Source: Amoebidium appalachense (lineage: Eukaryota; Protista; Ichthyosporea). Taken from it: a stretch of 64,000 nucleotides of DNA. Under the pieces are notes generated by a model, which did no database searches, was not told the DNA's origin, and saw nothing but the letters and a program-made list of their open reading frames with translations. Below are positions 41,955-63,813 of the stretch, one piece after another (within the stretch, counting starts at the first letter, position 1; each line of letters begins with the position of its first letter). The DNA lies in the NCBI GenBank assembly GCA_963693365.1, contig CAVNZM010000001.1:2248907-2312906 (forward strand), read 5' to 3'. The position numbers and the translations under genes are program-made.

Positions 41955-42494
41955 GGGGAACCCCAACTAATTGATTTCTCCTTGTAGTCTTTATGGTGTC
42001 TCGTAGAGAAAGTAAACCCTGATATATAGTCACCACCCGACATCTATGTACGTGATCATGATATACCGCTGAGGGGATATTCCGAGCAAACCCCCCCCCC
42101 CATACCTGAGACTGGTTCTCTTTGCCTCGAGTAAACAGCGTAAACCCCCCAGAGAGTTATGGGCATAAGAAAATGTGATGGGAGTAAGTGAGTGAGCCGA
42201 TGGGACTCAAAAACACTCCGGCAATACAGTCATGATCAAACACTTGCAAGAAGGGTTACCCGGCCGTGCCATTGTTACCACCAGAGTTTGCCAATACTGG
42301 ACATGCGCTTATCTCCCCCCCCCCCCCCCCCCCCCCCCTTCCCCCCAACACACACACCACACTGCATGCATGCATGGCATCTGTAAGAACGCTATTTTGC
42401 CTGGTCAGCTGTCTGTCTGTGCACATGTACCTGCACGTTTCTCATGTGGTGACAGGGCAAAACAAGGCTTTTCGGCTTTTCTCTTGTCCCCCCG

Positions 42495-42534
<40 letters not shown>

Positions 42535-43013
42535 GGAATTTTCACCTTGACCAGCTGCTCCTGGGCCTTATACAGCTCCCATGCCGATGTGAGCCTACCG
42601 GCATCCTTGGCACTGTCCGAGTAGCCGAGCATGACCTCCTGGAACCCATTGATCATGTTGACGTACCACGGCACATTGAGCATCGTCTCGATCGTGTGCG
42701 CTGCCCTCTCCAAATCGTCCTTTGTTTCGAACAGGGGCACTACACGCATGTGTGTTTTGAAGCCGGCCTCCTTTTGGAGAAGATGCACACAGAGAATGTC
42801 GGAGGGGTCGTGGGCCATACTGATGACGTAGGCACCAAGGCAGCCTGGGTCCTGTGGGGAGGAAAAAAGTGAGTTTAGGGGTTGGTTGTGTTGGGTGTCT
42901 CTGGTGGGTGATGGAACTGTGTACTAAATAACGGGCCTTTTTGTTTGATCCACGTTCTTTTTGGTTTATTTTTTAAACCGCATTACTAATAACTGAAGGA
43001 GTGAGGTGGAACT

Positions 43014-43060
<47 letters not shown>

Positions 43061-43770
43061 TGGTGGTGGTGGTGGTGGTGGTGGGGGGGGGGGGGGGGGG
43101 GGGGGGGTTGACGGACCTTTGGTCCAAGTACGCAGCACAACACAAGCATCACACACACACAAAACCCCGGATAGCACATTTGCGACAATCCACACGTTAC
43201 TCACAGGCACACACAGGCACACCTGCACACACCTGCTTGGCCACGGTCTCGAATGTTCTAAGCACTTCCAGCGCATTCTCGTTCTCAATCTCATAGTTGC
43301 GGGGCAGAAGGGGGCGCCTGCTGCCCAGCTCCTTGATGAGGAACGACTGCTTTTCTTCCTCCGACCACTCCAGGTAGCTGCCAAGACCAAGCAGCTTGGT
43401 GATTTCATTCATAAGCTCCGCATGCCTAAAGGGGTCAATAGGTGCGTCAGTAAAGGGGGTCGATAAAGGGGTTGAATAGTGTGTCTGTCTGATCGGGTTC
43501 GTAGATGTCTTAAATGGCTATAAAACGTGATGAACTGTGCGGGATAGGTGGTAGTTTGACATGCAGACCAATGCTACATGCAACACTACATGCATGGGTT
43601 TGGCCAGAGCATAGATTAATTCGAATATGGAGGTAAGGAAGTGTAGGGGTGTGTACTGCATGAGAGTTGATCCATAAATGTGTGCATGAGAGCTTACAAA
43701 TCCCAGCGCAAGCACATGTCGTATGTATACGTTTGTGTGCGAGTGTGTGTGAGTGTGTATGAGCGTATGA

Positions 43771-43820
<50 letters not shown>

Positions 43821-43868
43821 GCGCGCGCGATGTGTGTGTGTGTGTGTGTGTGTGGGTGAGATGTGAGT

Positions 43869-43943
<75 letters not shown>

Positions 43944-44179
43944 TCTGTATGTGTGAACGTGCATGTGTTTAGAGTGCAACATACCTATCAGACTCCTGCC
44001 TGATATCAAGCTTGACCATGGACAGACCAAAGCACTTGAGCCTACGAATCAGATCCAACAGACTGCCCGATGCAATGACCCCGTCACCAACAGCAGACAG
44101 AGACCGCCAGCAGAGAAGAAGGGGCTGCATCAGCTGGTCTATGCTCTTGATGAGATTGGCGGGCTCCTGTGTGTCCGTG

Positions 44180-44215
<36 letters not shown>

Positions 44216-44246
44216 CGCGCGCGTGCGCGTGCGTGCGTGTGTGCGT

Positions 44247-44296
<50 letters not shown>

Positions 44297-45056
44297 GCAC
44301 AGGCTATGTGTGGTGGCAAGGGTAAGATGAAATACGGGAGGAAGGATGTGTGTGGATATGTAATCAGTCACATCAAGGCATGTAAGCTGCCTCCCATAAC
44401 CCGAACTCCTTCTTTGAGAACATTTGCCCAAGGAAGACAATATGCAAAACAACGAACCGTTGCCAACGTACATCATGTAGTCATATTATTGGTGCCCAAA
44501 AAGTACAATGTGGAGTAGAGAAGCTGCAAAACGGCTGAAAGGAGGAAGCATTCAGCATTCCCCACACACCTACTAACACAAACACCCATACCCAGCCAAA
44601 CCCCCCCCCCCCCCCTCCTACTCCCCCCTCCCCCCCCCCCCCAAACACACACACACACACACACCCACACACCCACGCCACCACGTGCACGCACCTTCTG
44701 GTCCCTCTTCTCCTGGTTGTTCAGCAGCTCCTCGTAGTATGTGCGTGTGGTCTTCAGGTCCTCCCTCAGCCCAATCAGGATGTGCCGGTAGGGCTCATCG
44801 TGCGGCAGCTTGCCGTGGCTGAAGTCCAGACTGGTCTTGCTGGCATATTCGGTCGTCATCTGAACCATTCAAGTTAAGTCAATTATTTGATCTCACTGGT
44901 GATTGGTCAGCCCCCCCCCCTCCCCCCGGGCGCATGCTTGCTTCGTATCCTTTTGTCACTAGTAAGTAGGTGGCGACACTCCTCTCTGCATCCTCCCCCC
45001 TCTCCCCCCGCGCCCCCCCTCCCCGTGTGTGCACGCCCGTGAGTGAACGTGGATGA

Positions 45057-45110
<54 letters not shown>

Positions 45111-46261
45111 CTGTTAGCCCCCCCCCCCCCCCCCCCCCCCCCCCCACCACCACATCCTTTGTGTGTGTGTCACGGTCCGTGTCTATCTCTATTTCTCACA
45201 CTCTTTCTATCTCTCTCTCTCTCTCTGTGTGTGTGTATGCGTGCATGCATGTGTGTAGATGTACGACAGTGGAAACCTACGGCGCCAGCAGCAGCCACAG
45301 CCTCCCTAATCTCCTCACTGCCCTCGGTCATGCTCAGCTCAAACAGCAACCGGTCGATCTCCTTGTAGTACAGGTCCGCAGCACGCCACTTGTTGAGAAT
45401 CAGCACCTGAACACAAAATGGTTGGAAAGGAGTGAGAAAGTGTCAGGAAACTAGATGATGGCCCTCCCTCTCTCTCTCTCACCCCCTTTTGTTATAGACA
45501 GTATTCTTCTCTCTCGCCTGCCCTGACTTCCGCTAACCTCCTGGCTATAAGTAGCAGTAACAACTACAGCACATTAGCAGAAGGATTATCAACAATAACA
45601 AGCAAACTAGGGGGGAGGGGGGGGGGGGGGGAGGGAAAGAAAAAAACCAAGACAGAACGTAAGGAACTTACTTTAAATCCCCCCCCCCCCCCCCCCTCCC
45701 CCCTCCCCCCGCGGCCAAAAGAAAAAAAAAAAAAAAAAAAAAAAACCACAAGAAAAGAATACCGTAAAATCTACAGCTAGAGAATCACACCCACCTCCTC
45801 CGTAACCTTGTGCGTAACAAACGGGTTTCCATCTCTGTCACCACCAATCCACGAGCCAAATGTGATGATGGAGGTGTCTGGGGGCAGGGGGGCTGGCCAA
45901 TAGCGTGCAGGGCCATATCCACTGTGCGCATGAACTTGGGCAGAGCCATCCAAAGATTCTTCTCCAGAACAGCAAGACTGGAAAGGGGAAAGAGGGAAAG
46001 AACAAGAACAGGGATAGAGGGTGAGATGGGGGCAGTGGTGGAAAGTGGTGGATAAAGCAGGGAAGAGCAAGTATGTGCTTGGAGATGTCACTGTCAGGTG
46101 AACATTGATGTGGAAGGTGAGAAGGAAAAGGCATTCTCCGAGGATGCGAGTGAAAGATGGAGGGCGCTTGTTCAAAGAATGGTAGTGGTTCCAATCTGGA
46201 GGGGAGAAGGTAAAAGCAGGAAGTCTCACTGTATGTGTGTAAGGTAGTGTGTGTGTGTGTA

Positions 46262-46319
<58 letters not shown>

Positions 46320-47712
46320 TGTGTGTGTGCGTGTGTGTCGTGTGTGTGTGTGGGTGTGTGTGTGTGTTTTTGTGTGTTTGTGTGCGTGTGCGTGTGTGTC
46401 GTGTGTGTGTGTGGGTGTGTTTAGGGATAGGAGGATAGGGGGGGGGATGTGGAAGAAAAACAGAGGAAGGGGGGGAGACGGGACGTGTGACGTATCCTTG
46501 TTAGCCTGCATGTCCGTGTGTGTGTGGGTGGGTGTCTGTGTACATGTGTACTGTGTGCATGTGCATGTGAGTGCATGTGAGTGCATGTGAGTGTGAGAGC
46601 ATGTGCATGAGCATGTGTGCACACTCGCATGCGCGTGATACTGCCAGAGATCCTAAGTCAGCATGAAGAAAGTGTGTTTGTGCCTGTGCATGCTCAATTT
46701 CTCTACACGTACGTGTATGTGTACAGGGGCCACCCACCCGCCTCTAGCCTCGTCATCCAGTGTGGGCTTGATGCGGCGCACTGTCTGCGACCGCCAAATA
46801 GCACGGACCTGCAACACCCAATCAGCAACAGTTAATTAAGAATAGAAACCCAGTTATGTCGTCATTGCAATACCCTGTAAAACAAATGACTGCTTGACTC
46901 TTGCCCGTAGTCAGAGTGTCACCTTAACAAACTATCTTCCTGATCTGCTTGAGATTGAACAAAGGACTAGGCTTTCGCTTTGTCTCCCTCATCCTCCGTC
47001 CTCAATGCGATAATACTTATCCTTTGTCACCTCCTCGTTTTCTTCATGTAAGCCCCTCCTCCCCCCCCTCCCCCCCCAAAATACCCCTTTCTCCTCCTCT
47101 AACTCCCAATCTAAATCTCCCCCCAAACTCACCCACCACCCACCCACCCCCTACCCCTTTCTCTCCCCTGCCCCCTCACCACCTTCCGCACAGCTTGGAA
47201 CCATCATCCATAAAACGGCCCCCGTCCTCTCTCCCACTTCCCCCCAGTGCACACAGTGACTGCACGCACCTCACGGCTCAGGGCATCATTCAGGTCCTTC
47301 TCCTCCTGAGGGGTCAGAATCGTGACGTCACGTTTTTCGATCAGCGCTGCAATCCTGCAAAAAGGGCACCACGTTAGGTTACACGCAAAATGCAAAGGAT
47401 GTGATCATGCTGTAAGGCCGTTTCTTTCTTTACACCCCTCTAATACGACCTCTTGTCCTTTTCTGTTTTCTTTGTTAGTGAATTGCACCCGAAATGGGGG
47501 AGGAAAGGGGTCGAGCTGCTGCCAATGGCCAGAGGAATGGTTGTCCAGTTTTCACACTCTATCCCCCCCCCCCCCCCTCTATCCCCCCACCCCCCTCCCG
47601 CCAAGAACCCCCCTCCGGCATCCCCCTCCCCCCCCCCCCCCTCTCCCCGCCCCTCCCCTCTCTCCCAACCCCCTCCCCTCCCTTCCTCTCTCTCACCCCT
47701 CCCATTCTCCCA

Positions 47713-47750
<38 letters not shown>

Positions 47751-48454
47751 GGGGACACGTACTTCTGGTGCTTTGCCAGCAGTGTGCGCCTCAGTGCCTG
47801 CGTGGGGTGTGCCGTCAGCACCAATTCAATGTGCTGGTTGAGGAGGGTCTGTCGGATCTTGGCTGGGTCGATCCCTGTGCCCCCACAACATCAGCCGCCT
47901 ATAGAAATAACATCATGTTTCAAGCTCCCCTCGCCCCAACAACCCCCTTCCCCCCACCTCCCCTCCCCCTTCCCCCCCCCACCCCCCTCTTCCCCTCGGG
48001 GCCCTGCCCCAACCCTTCCCCCCACCGGTACCGCTTCACATTCGTCTTTCCATATGCCCATCCTCGTTATCAAACTGCCCCGTCGTATTCAAGCAACCCT
48101 CCACCCTCGTTCTTACCACTGACAACCCTCCCCTCCCCCCTCCCCCTCCCCAGTCTACCCTGTCCACTTCACGCTGCCCCCCCCCCCCCCCCACCACCTC
48201 CCCCTAGACACACACACACGCACCCCAACAGTTCCGTCTACACTGTGACTGTCCCTCAAAGGTGTACTAAATCAAACAATAGGGGCACATACCCGAGTTC
48301 TGGAGATTCAGGAACACGTGCTCACACGTGTGCTTAAGCACAATCTCCGTCTCACCACGACGGTATGAGCGCCATCTGAGGGTGCATATGTCTTAGCGGA
48401 GCAAAGGGTGATTGGTGCAAGTGTCATATTTACCGGTCTTTTTTTTTTTTTTTA

Positions 48455-48542
<88 letters not shown>

Positions 48543-49316
48543 CGTGTGTGGATGTGTGTGTGTATTTACCGGGTACCTGGGTGTCACGCAGGGAGGAGGG
48601 CCCCGAGGGGGGGGGGGGGAGCGGGGGGGGGAGGGGAGGAGGGGGGGGGGGGGAGGGGGGGAGGGGGGGGGGGGGAGGGGACGGGGGCAGGCATAAAGAA
48701 GAAACATGCGAGCCTGGACGTGATTGAAGAAAATGAAGTTGCTACAAACGAAGGAAGAGGGTCGCGAAGAAAGGAGGAGGGAGGGAGAAGGGAGGAGACG
48801 GTGGAGGTAGAAAGGAATGGGTGAAAGATACAACGCTACGAGTCCATGCAGGTGTGCACGTGCAGGTCTACATTCGGGGGTCTGTGTTGATAATCTCTGT
48901 GCCTGTATGTACCATGCATGTGTCTGGTGCATGTGGACAACTCTGCAACCACACACACACACAGACACACACACACAGACACACACACACACACACACAA
49001 ATGCGTGCCGGCGTGCGCCCGCGTATTTGTGTAGTATGCCCCCACCTTCTGATACGGTGCTGCTTCTCGGCCAGGTTGGCCAGGTTCAGCAGTTCCTGGA
49101 ACAAACGGGCAACCACCATGATGTCGTGTGGCACTGCAGGCACCCAGATGCTGTGTTAAAAGGCTAATGTATGCTGGATCGCCGTTTATAATTATATATT
49201 GTGTTTCGAGGAATTGGTGCCCTGGCTCCGTTCCCACAAATAAAACAAGGCGGTGAAAGAGAACTGAGCAGTCGTTGGGTAGGAATGGACGAGGAAGGCC
49301 AGGAGGAGAAACATGG

Positions 49317-49352
<36 letters not shown>

Positions 49353-50058
49353 TTAGGCGGGGGGGAATGGATTGCAGAGTACGAAGTACACATTCATGCC
49401 GGGCAACACAACACAGGTTGAAAAGCGCACAAAAGAGAAGGCATCATAAGCAGAGCCCATCCTTGGGAGGGGAGGGGGGGGTTTTGGGGGGGGGGGGGAG
49501 AACTGTGGTACTTGCACACTAGAATATTCTCCCCCCTCTCCCCCCCCCCCAAACACACACACATTCAGACGCACCTGTCAGCTCGTCCAGCTTGGTCTGC
49601 AGCTCATTGAACAGGTGGTCGTCACGTGACTTGAAGAAGTTCTGTGCAAGCTCCATGATGCTCTCGATCTTGCCATACAGCGCAGTCTGGTCTGTTTCGG
49701 GGGGAAAGGGGAGAGGGGGGGGGGGGACGACGGTTAGAGGCACATTAAAATGCTGGGCCCCATACCTATGCTGACAAGTCAGCACACGTTGACAACACTA
49801 TTCTACTTTCTCTTCCAGACTCAATCCCTTTCAACCATAACCCCCTTCCACCTCAGTTTTACTCAATACAGACGTATAACACATAGCCCGCAATAGAGCA
49901 TGCTCTCACCACCTCTCCCACCACCCTCTATCCCCTCACCAACCAGTCTCTCTATCCACCCGCTTCGACCCTCATTCCTTGCGGGGCGCGGGGGGGGAGG
50001 GGGGGGGGGGAGGGGTTCAACGACTGTGTGCATGTATGCGTGTGTTTTTGGGGCGGGG

Positions 50059-50091
<33 letters not shown>

Positions 50092-50161
50092 GGGGGGAGG
50101 GAGGGAGGGAGGGAGGGGGGTGAGGGGGGGGCGAGATAGAGGTGCACGATACATGGCGTGT

Positions 50162-50200
<39 letters not shown>

Positions 50201-51338
50201 TGTGTGTGTGTATGGTGGGGAGGAAAGGGGGGGAGGGGGGAGCAGGCAGAGTTGGGGTGAAAGGGGGAGGGGGGGGGGGGAGGAACGTTAGGGAAACGGC
50301 AAGAGCACAAGAAGATTGGGGGTCTTGGAATAGTTATTTTCTTCAGAGAGAGAAGAGCCCTATAGCTGCTAAACGAACTAAGTGCCACATGGGGTAAGAA
50401 TCGTAGGAAACCCTAGCCGTGTGTATAAAGGGAAACCGAAGAGACTGTTGCTTTGCAGGAAAAAAAGGTCAGCACTCCTGCTCAAGGTCATGCAGGGGCA
50501 AGACTTACCATTCCCAAGAGTCTGTTTAACAGTCCACAGCAGGTTTTCCTGCAGCACATTGATGTCATTCTCCAGCAGCTCGGAGAAGTCGATGGTAGGC
50601 TGAGGGATCCAGGTGGGGCCATAGGCCGAGTCCTGGGAAGCAAGGGAGGAAACCTTCTGGAAAGGCACATCCAAGGTGTCTTGCTTGGTTTCATGTTTGG
50701 TGTCGGCCTTCTTGGCAGGCGGCTGATCCTCAGCCTGCTCTGCCCCTCGCTTGCGTGTGGCTGCAAGAGGCAATAAGTTTTAGTTTATGACACTCCCTCC
50801 CTTCGGACGGGGGTCGAGAAGGGTTCTTGGGCGCCCATGTGTTATGCCACTGGATCCTTGTGCAAGCCCACGTCGCAGGTACAAGCGAAAAACGGCACCC
50901 TGTATTGTTTTCCTCGCATCGAGAAACCTGCTCCTACATACTTTGAGAGCCACAGACATACTGTTGGCAGGGTCGTTATTCTGACGGTGTTGCTTGGTTA
51001 TGAAGAATGGTTGTTCTCTAAAGTGATGTGTAGATCATATGTGCATCGGAGAGGCAAGCTTAGATAGAAAACAGAAAGTCTCGTGCAACACTGTTTGACA
51101 CACACGGTCTAGCTACACTCACAACACCAGGAAAAAACAACAACACTATGGAAAAAAGGGTTTCAAGGTCAGCAAGAGTATCCTATGATCCCAACAGACA
51201 AAACTCAAGCTATTGTTTATGTATATTAGCAACTTGGTTCAAGAGACGATGTCGATGTTTCTAATCAGGAGAATGAAAAGAAAAACAGCAAAAAACGAAA
51301 ACGGTAGAAGGGAAAGGAGAAATGCACATACCTGGCAT
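37406..51338 (-). CDS. ppc: Phosphoenolpyruvate carboxylase, many exons
   Basis: Exons carry [101 protein letters not shown] and C-terminal [10 protein letters not shown]. The start is a 7-nt coding exon (ATGCCAG, 51332-51338) spliced to the exon beginning at 50760. Confidence 0.97.
37691..37800 (-). mobile_element. Short diverged poly(C)-associated retroposon, copy G
   Basis: TAGAATG after a G run; GAGTATGCATTATAAGTGGAGTCCATTCTCAGG core; G run after. Confidence 0.55.
41245..41952 (+). mobile_element. 5'-truncated LINE 3' end with poly(A) tail in a PEPC intron (antisense to host gene)
   Basis: ORF end QWRSN...C...FNRSCIAKC...ILDFILN matches motifs of the 36502-36786 LINE C-terminus; followed by (CA)n, a short inverted repeat AGGGG-AG-CCCCT and ~50 A. 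Confidence 0.8.
49366..49468 (-). mobile_element. Short poly(C)-associated retroposon, copy H
   Basis: GTACGAAGTACAC and GCATCATAAGCAGAGCCCATCCT cores, with G runs on both sides. Confidence 0.7.
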
Positions 51339-51908
51339 TTTCGCCTTTGAAATGTACCGCCGAGTCGTTTGTTGACTCGTCAGTGAAAATGAAGCCCTAA
51401 TTTGGCTCACAACTGATTTATATACCCCAGAGAGACTAAGATGACCGATATGATTGGGGCAACAATAACCAACCAAATACATGAATCTGAGGGAGTGCAA
51501 ATATTACAAATTCCGCTCACCAGTCACACAACTTCTGCCGTCATGTTGTGCATGGCCATGGAGCAGAATAATCATACACACGGTAGCGCTAGTGCCAGGC
51601 CTAAGAAACATTATATAACATATGTATTTAATATTCATATGCTCTGTATGGCTGCTTTTCATGTATGTATCTATAAGGTTAAATTGAAGTGACTGTAATC
51701 ACATCTCATATCTATGAACGCAATGTGCACGACTCTGGGCTGTTGAAGGACCTTCCTAATTTAGCAGGTTCAAATGCAAAAGCTGATGTTGATTGGTGTA
51801 TTCTAATGTGGTGGCTCACGTGATTGGGTCTCATTGGATTGTGTAAGCCAATCAGCAGTCGCCGTGTGCGTGATACAAACTCACGGGCAGTACCTCAGTG
51901 ATACGGTG

Positions 51909-51985
<77 letters not shown>

Positions 51986-52383
51986 TACATGCTAATATTT
52001 ATTAATTAGACGTGGCACTGCTGCACGTACGCGTATACAGATGGTCTACAGTACATGTATATACACATACCATTAATGGCGCCCCCATACTCTACAGAAA
52101 CTTATAGCACCTTCCGTATAACAGGTGCTAGAATCCGTATAACTGATTATATGACATGAACATGTTTTTTGTAAAAACATGATAGAACATGTTTTTTGTA
52201 AAAACATGATACATCACTTGATAAAACGTCTAGCTGATTTACGGACACAAACAGTCGGAGATTCACACATACAGAACATGTACATTGTGGAAATTTTCTC
52301 ACACACACACACACATGAGGCTCTAAACCGTGCCCACTCCCCTCTCTCTTTCTCTCTCTTTCTTTCTCTCTCTTTCTCTCCAA

Positions 52384-52425
<42 letters not shown>

Positions 52426-52504
52426 ATCTGTCTCTCTCTCTCTCTCTATCTATCTCTCTCTCTCTCTAGTCTCCCTCTCTCTATCTCTCTCTCTTTCTCT
52501 ATCT

Positions 52505-52565
<61 letters not shown>

Positions 52566-52654
52566 CAGCTGCTCCTTCTAGATATTCCCCCCCCCCCCCC
52601 CCCCCCCCCTGCCCCAAGAATTTCCCCCTTCCCTTCCCTCCCCCTTAGCCCCTC

Positions 52655-52686
<32 letters not shown>

Positions 52687-52736
52687 ACCCCCCAACCTCA
52701 CCCCTGGCACGTACCCTCCGCCCTTTCCCCCACGAA

Positions 52737-56157
<3,421 letters not shown>

Positions 56158-57268
56158 CTGTGCCCCATTTTTCACAGCAGAAATGATGTGGGCGGTCAGC
56201 AACAGAACCACAAGGATGAGAAGCCAGGATGTTTTGTCATGTGTGCACGCAGATGTGGAGCCCCACATTCTACCAGGGCGCCCCATCTTCACAAAGCAAG
56301 CCCACCAAAGGCTACCCCAAGGCCCAAATTTGAAAAGTGGAAGCGAACTGAACTGTGTGTTCTCGGGTTGCATAGCCTTTTGAAGCCACGAAAAGGTGTG
56401 AAACGTTCTGTTTAGTGGTGCACTGTGTCGGGGTCTCCAATTCCGTATTTCCTGGTGCGCTCTTGGCCAATCGTTTAGGGGTTTGGGACCGCGAATGAAT
56501 AGGGAGGCACACACCTTTCCTCAGTAGATATCCGCCTGAGATAGCCTAGTGAATGGCCATGGTGTACACAGTATCCCACTGCCCTTTCTTTTACAATTGT
56601 AATGCAGATAATGTCGCCAAAATTTCTTTTTAAATGCCCCCCCCCTTTTTTTTTCAATAAAAAGCTGCCGTCTGAGCAATAGCCACCTGAGAGGTGTAGA
56701 GCCCTGGATGACTCTTCATCAATCAAATGCAAATCGATGTAGATATACGGTGGATATTATCGGAAAATTTTGCACCATTTCAGGCCCATTTCACGGCACA
56801 CTTAGCCACACTTATGTCAGGCCCCACCGCAATCACCTCATTATTGCCGAGCGATATGGACCACATACCTACTATGAGCCTGCCAAATACGTGCTTTCAA
56901 TCTTTCTTCTGTACTTATACATAGAATACAGACAGATAGCTATATAAAAAGAGAAATATTAAAAAAGTGTACGTACGCATAATAATGCGTTGTGGTCAAT
57001 TCAGGATATATTTGCACTAGGTAAGGGGGGGGGGGATCGGCGAGGGGGAGGGGGGTGTTGGGGGGGGGGGGGGGGAGGGGGGGGGAGGGGGGGGAGGGGA
57101 GGGGGGGGGGGGAGGGGAGGGGGGGGAGGGGGGGGGGGAGGGGGGGGGAGGGGAGGGGGGGGGGGGAGGGGAGGGGGAGGGGAGGGGGGGGGGGGGGGGG
57201 GGGGGGGGAGGGGGGAGGGGGGGGGGGGAGGGGGGGAGGGGGGGGGGGGGGGGGGGGGGGGGAGGGGG

Positions 57269-57300
<32 letters not shown>

Positions 57301-57680
57301 GCGCTGTGACAGGGGCGGGGGGGCATGAGAGGGGGGAAGGAGTGAATTTCCCATCGTAAGTATGAGCACCGTGTACTGTAATGCACATTTTGGGGCGGTG
57401 CCGGATATATTTACACGCTGCCTGCAGGCAAAAGTAGCTACAGGTGCTCGCGGAATACATTATTTCTAACTACATTTTGAATAAAACAAATACTAATATA
57501 TTTCTTTATAATAAAGCCTGATATAAAGCCTCACTAGTATTTAGTCCATATGCACCATTATACGTACTGATGATACGGGGGTCGCATGCTGAGTCGCATG
57601 TGACGCGGCAGCGTACGGCCTACAATTTCCAGCCCTGCGCCAGCGTGGGAGGTTGTGTGACGTCATCAATATGACGTCAG

Positions 57681-57935
57681 TTGCGGATCGGCCCGGGAAC
57701 CAGTGTTTCGAGCCGGGAACCACTGTTTCAAACTCGGGAACCAGTGTTTCGAGCCGGGAACCACTGTTTTGCGGATCGGCCCGGGAACCAGTGTTTCGAG
57801 CCGGGAACCACTGTTTCAAACTCGGGAACCAGTGTTTCGGGCCGGGAACCACGGTTCTGGCCCGGGAACTAGCCCCTGGATTCGACCCGTGTTTGTTCCC
57901 GGGAACTGCATTCCAGCTGCTGGAATGCGGGAACA
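57681..57935. repeat. Subterminal repeat array of the TIR element
   Basis: About 11 CGGGAAC cores, mostly 20-21 bp apart, with an 88-bp higher-order duplication; perfect inverted repeat GCATTCCAGC-T-GCTGGAATGC at 57908-57928. Confidence 0.9.
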
Positions 57936-58692
57936 CCGTATCACTGAGGTGCTGCCAACTCACGGGTATATAAAGGCTTACGGGAGTCACAACAAGTCAC
58001 AAACTCGCATCAGTTGAAGGTGACGACTTTTTATTCAGATATAGCAGAACTCAAAGCAAATAAACGCAATCATATTGGGTTCTTTTATGCACAGGGTGAA
58101 GGTCCTGCCGACAGTGCAGGGCCGGGCTCGGCGGGATCTTTACCGTTAAATTTATGTGCACGGAAAGTTAGTCCATGGAGAGAAAACTTTGAATAGTGCT
58201 AAGCCTATGCACGTGATCATGAGCAGATACGCCTTCCGTTGATCATGATAGGATTATCCACGTGGGTTGGGGAGAGGGGCCCGGGGAGGGAGAAAGGAAC
58301 AGGCTAAGATTAACGAGAATATGAACGGACGTGACGCGGTTGACAGCACTAGCGGACCGCGTGGCCCAGGTTGAACACAACATAGGTAAAGCCGCAGGCG
58401 AGCAGCAGGGCGCAGTGCAGACTAGGGAAGAAAGAAAAACAGACAAATGCAACAGGTGATTGGTACATGGGGGCAGCTGCCCTTGAGTTTCTTGCACAAA
58501 TTAGCCCAACAATCGCAATTAATTAGGGCGGCGGTTGGAGTCAGTCTGATACCATCCATTCCTTTTTTTTTTTTTTTTTTTTTTTTTTGCAAATGGGGGG
58601 GGGGGGGGGGGGGGGGGGGGGGGAGGGGGGGGGAGGAAAAGCTCTCGACTCGGATCCGAAGGTTGGCATGTGATACATGTGCAGCGAACGGT

Positions 58693-58723
<31 letters not shown>

Positions 58724-59373
58724 GGGGGGGGGTTCTGTGTGTGCTTTTGGAATTTGGAAGGGGCCCAAGGGGAGGGGGAGGGGGGGGGGGGGGGGGGAAG
58801 GGGGGGCTCTTGGAAAACTAATAATTGATTCTAAGGGTAGCTAGTGTGTATGTACGGTGTGAAAGGGGTGGGTGAGATGTTTTTTTTCTTTTTTTTGCAG
58901 TTCAGATCGCTTTGTACTGCATCTGCCAGCTGCAATTCTTTCGAAATTCCGTAAATTGGCTAAATGGTCGGAGACGTCCTTTGAGTTTGGGTCATGAGAC
59001 TTGCATGCTTATGCAAATTGCCCTGCCGGATTGTATTATATGAGCTGACCAGCAGCTCCCAATGGAAACAATACTACTACTATACACCCAAGAACCTAAC
59101 AAGAAATGAAATGAACACAACGGAGAACACTAACCATACACAAAAAGGCATAGCATTTTAAAAAAACTTTCTAAAACAGAAACCTAACAAATGTAATTTT
59201 TCTCTGAAAATCAAACTTAACGGTATACTGCACCAATGGCAATGTTTAAATAATGTTCACCTTTCACATACCCATTACGAAAAAGAATTTCAATTGCAAT
59301 CATCTACTCGAGTTCACCTTGCAAACTAATATAACTCTAGATATCCAACATCCATCATCCCCTTTCGTCTAAA

Positions 59374-63583
<4,210 letters not shown>

Positions 63584-63769
63584 CTGTAAACAAAAACCCG
63601 TCAGAAGGCGACATGAGAAAATCGCCTCGTGTGTATGTGTCCGTGCCCGTTTACGTGTGCATGGGGGCCAGGAAGGAAGGGGGGAGGGGAGAGGCTGTTG
63701 TGTACTCCAAACCCACAAAAACCCCTGCCCCACACACTAATATGACCTTAACATCTATCAGCATACTAC

Positions 63770-63813
<44 letters not shown>

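Noticed and set aside
57531-57560. CACTA transposon terminus (CACTAG...)
   Set aside because: No matching inverted end found; the true boundaries are the GGCAG TIRs with an 8-bp TSD.
57681-57935. CRISPR-like appearance of the regular repeat array
   Set aside because: No unique spacers, no cas genes, eukaryotic context; it lies inside a TIR element end.
58200-58560. Possible + strand gene after the TATA box at 57967
   Set aside because: All frames are interrupted by stops and no motif was recognised.
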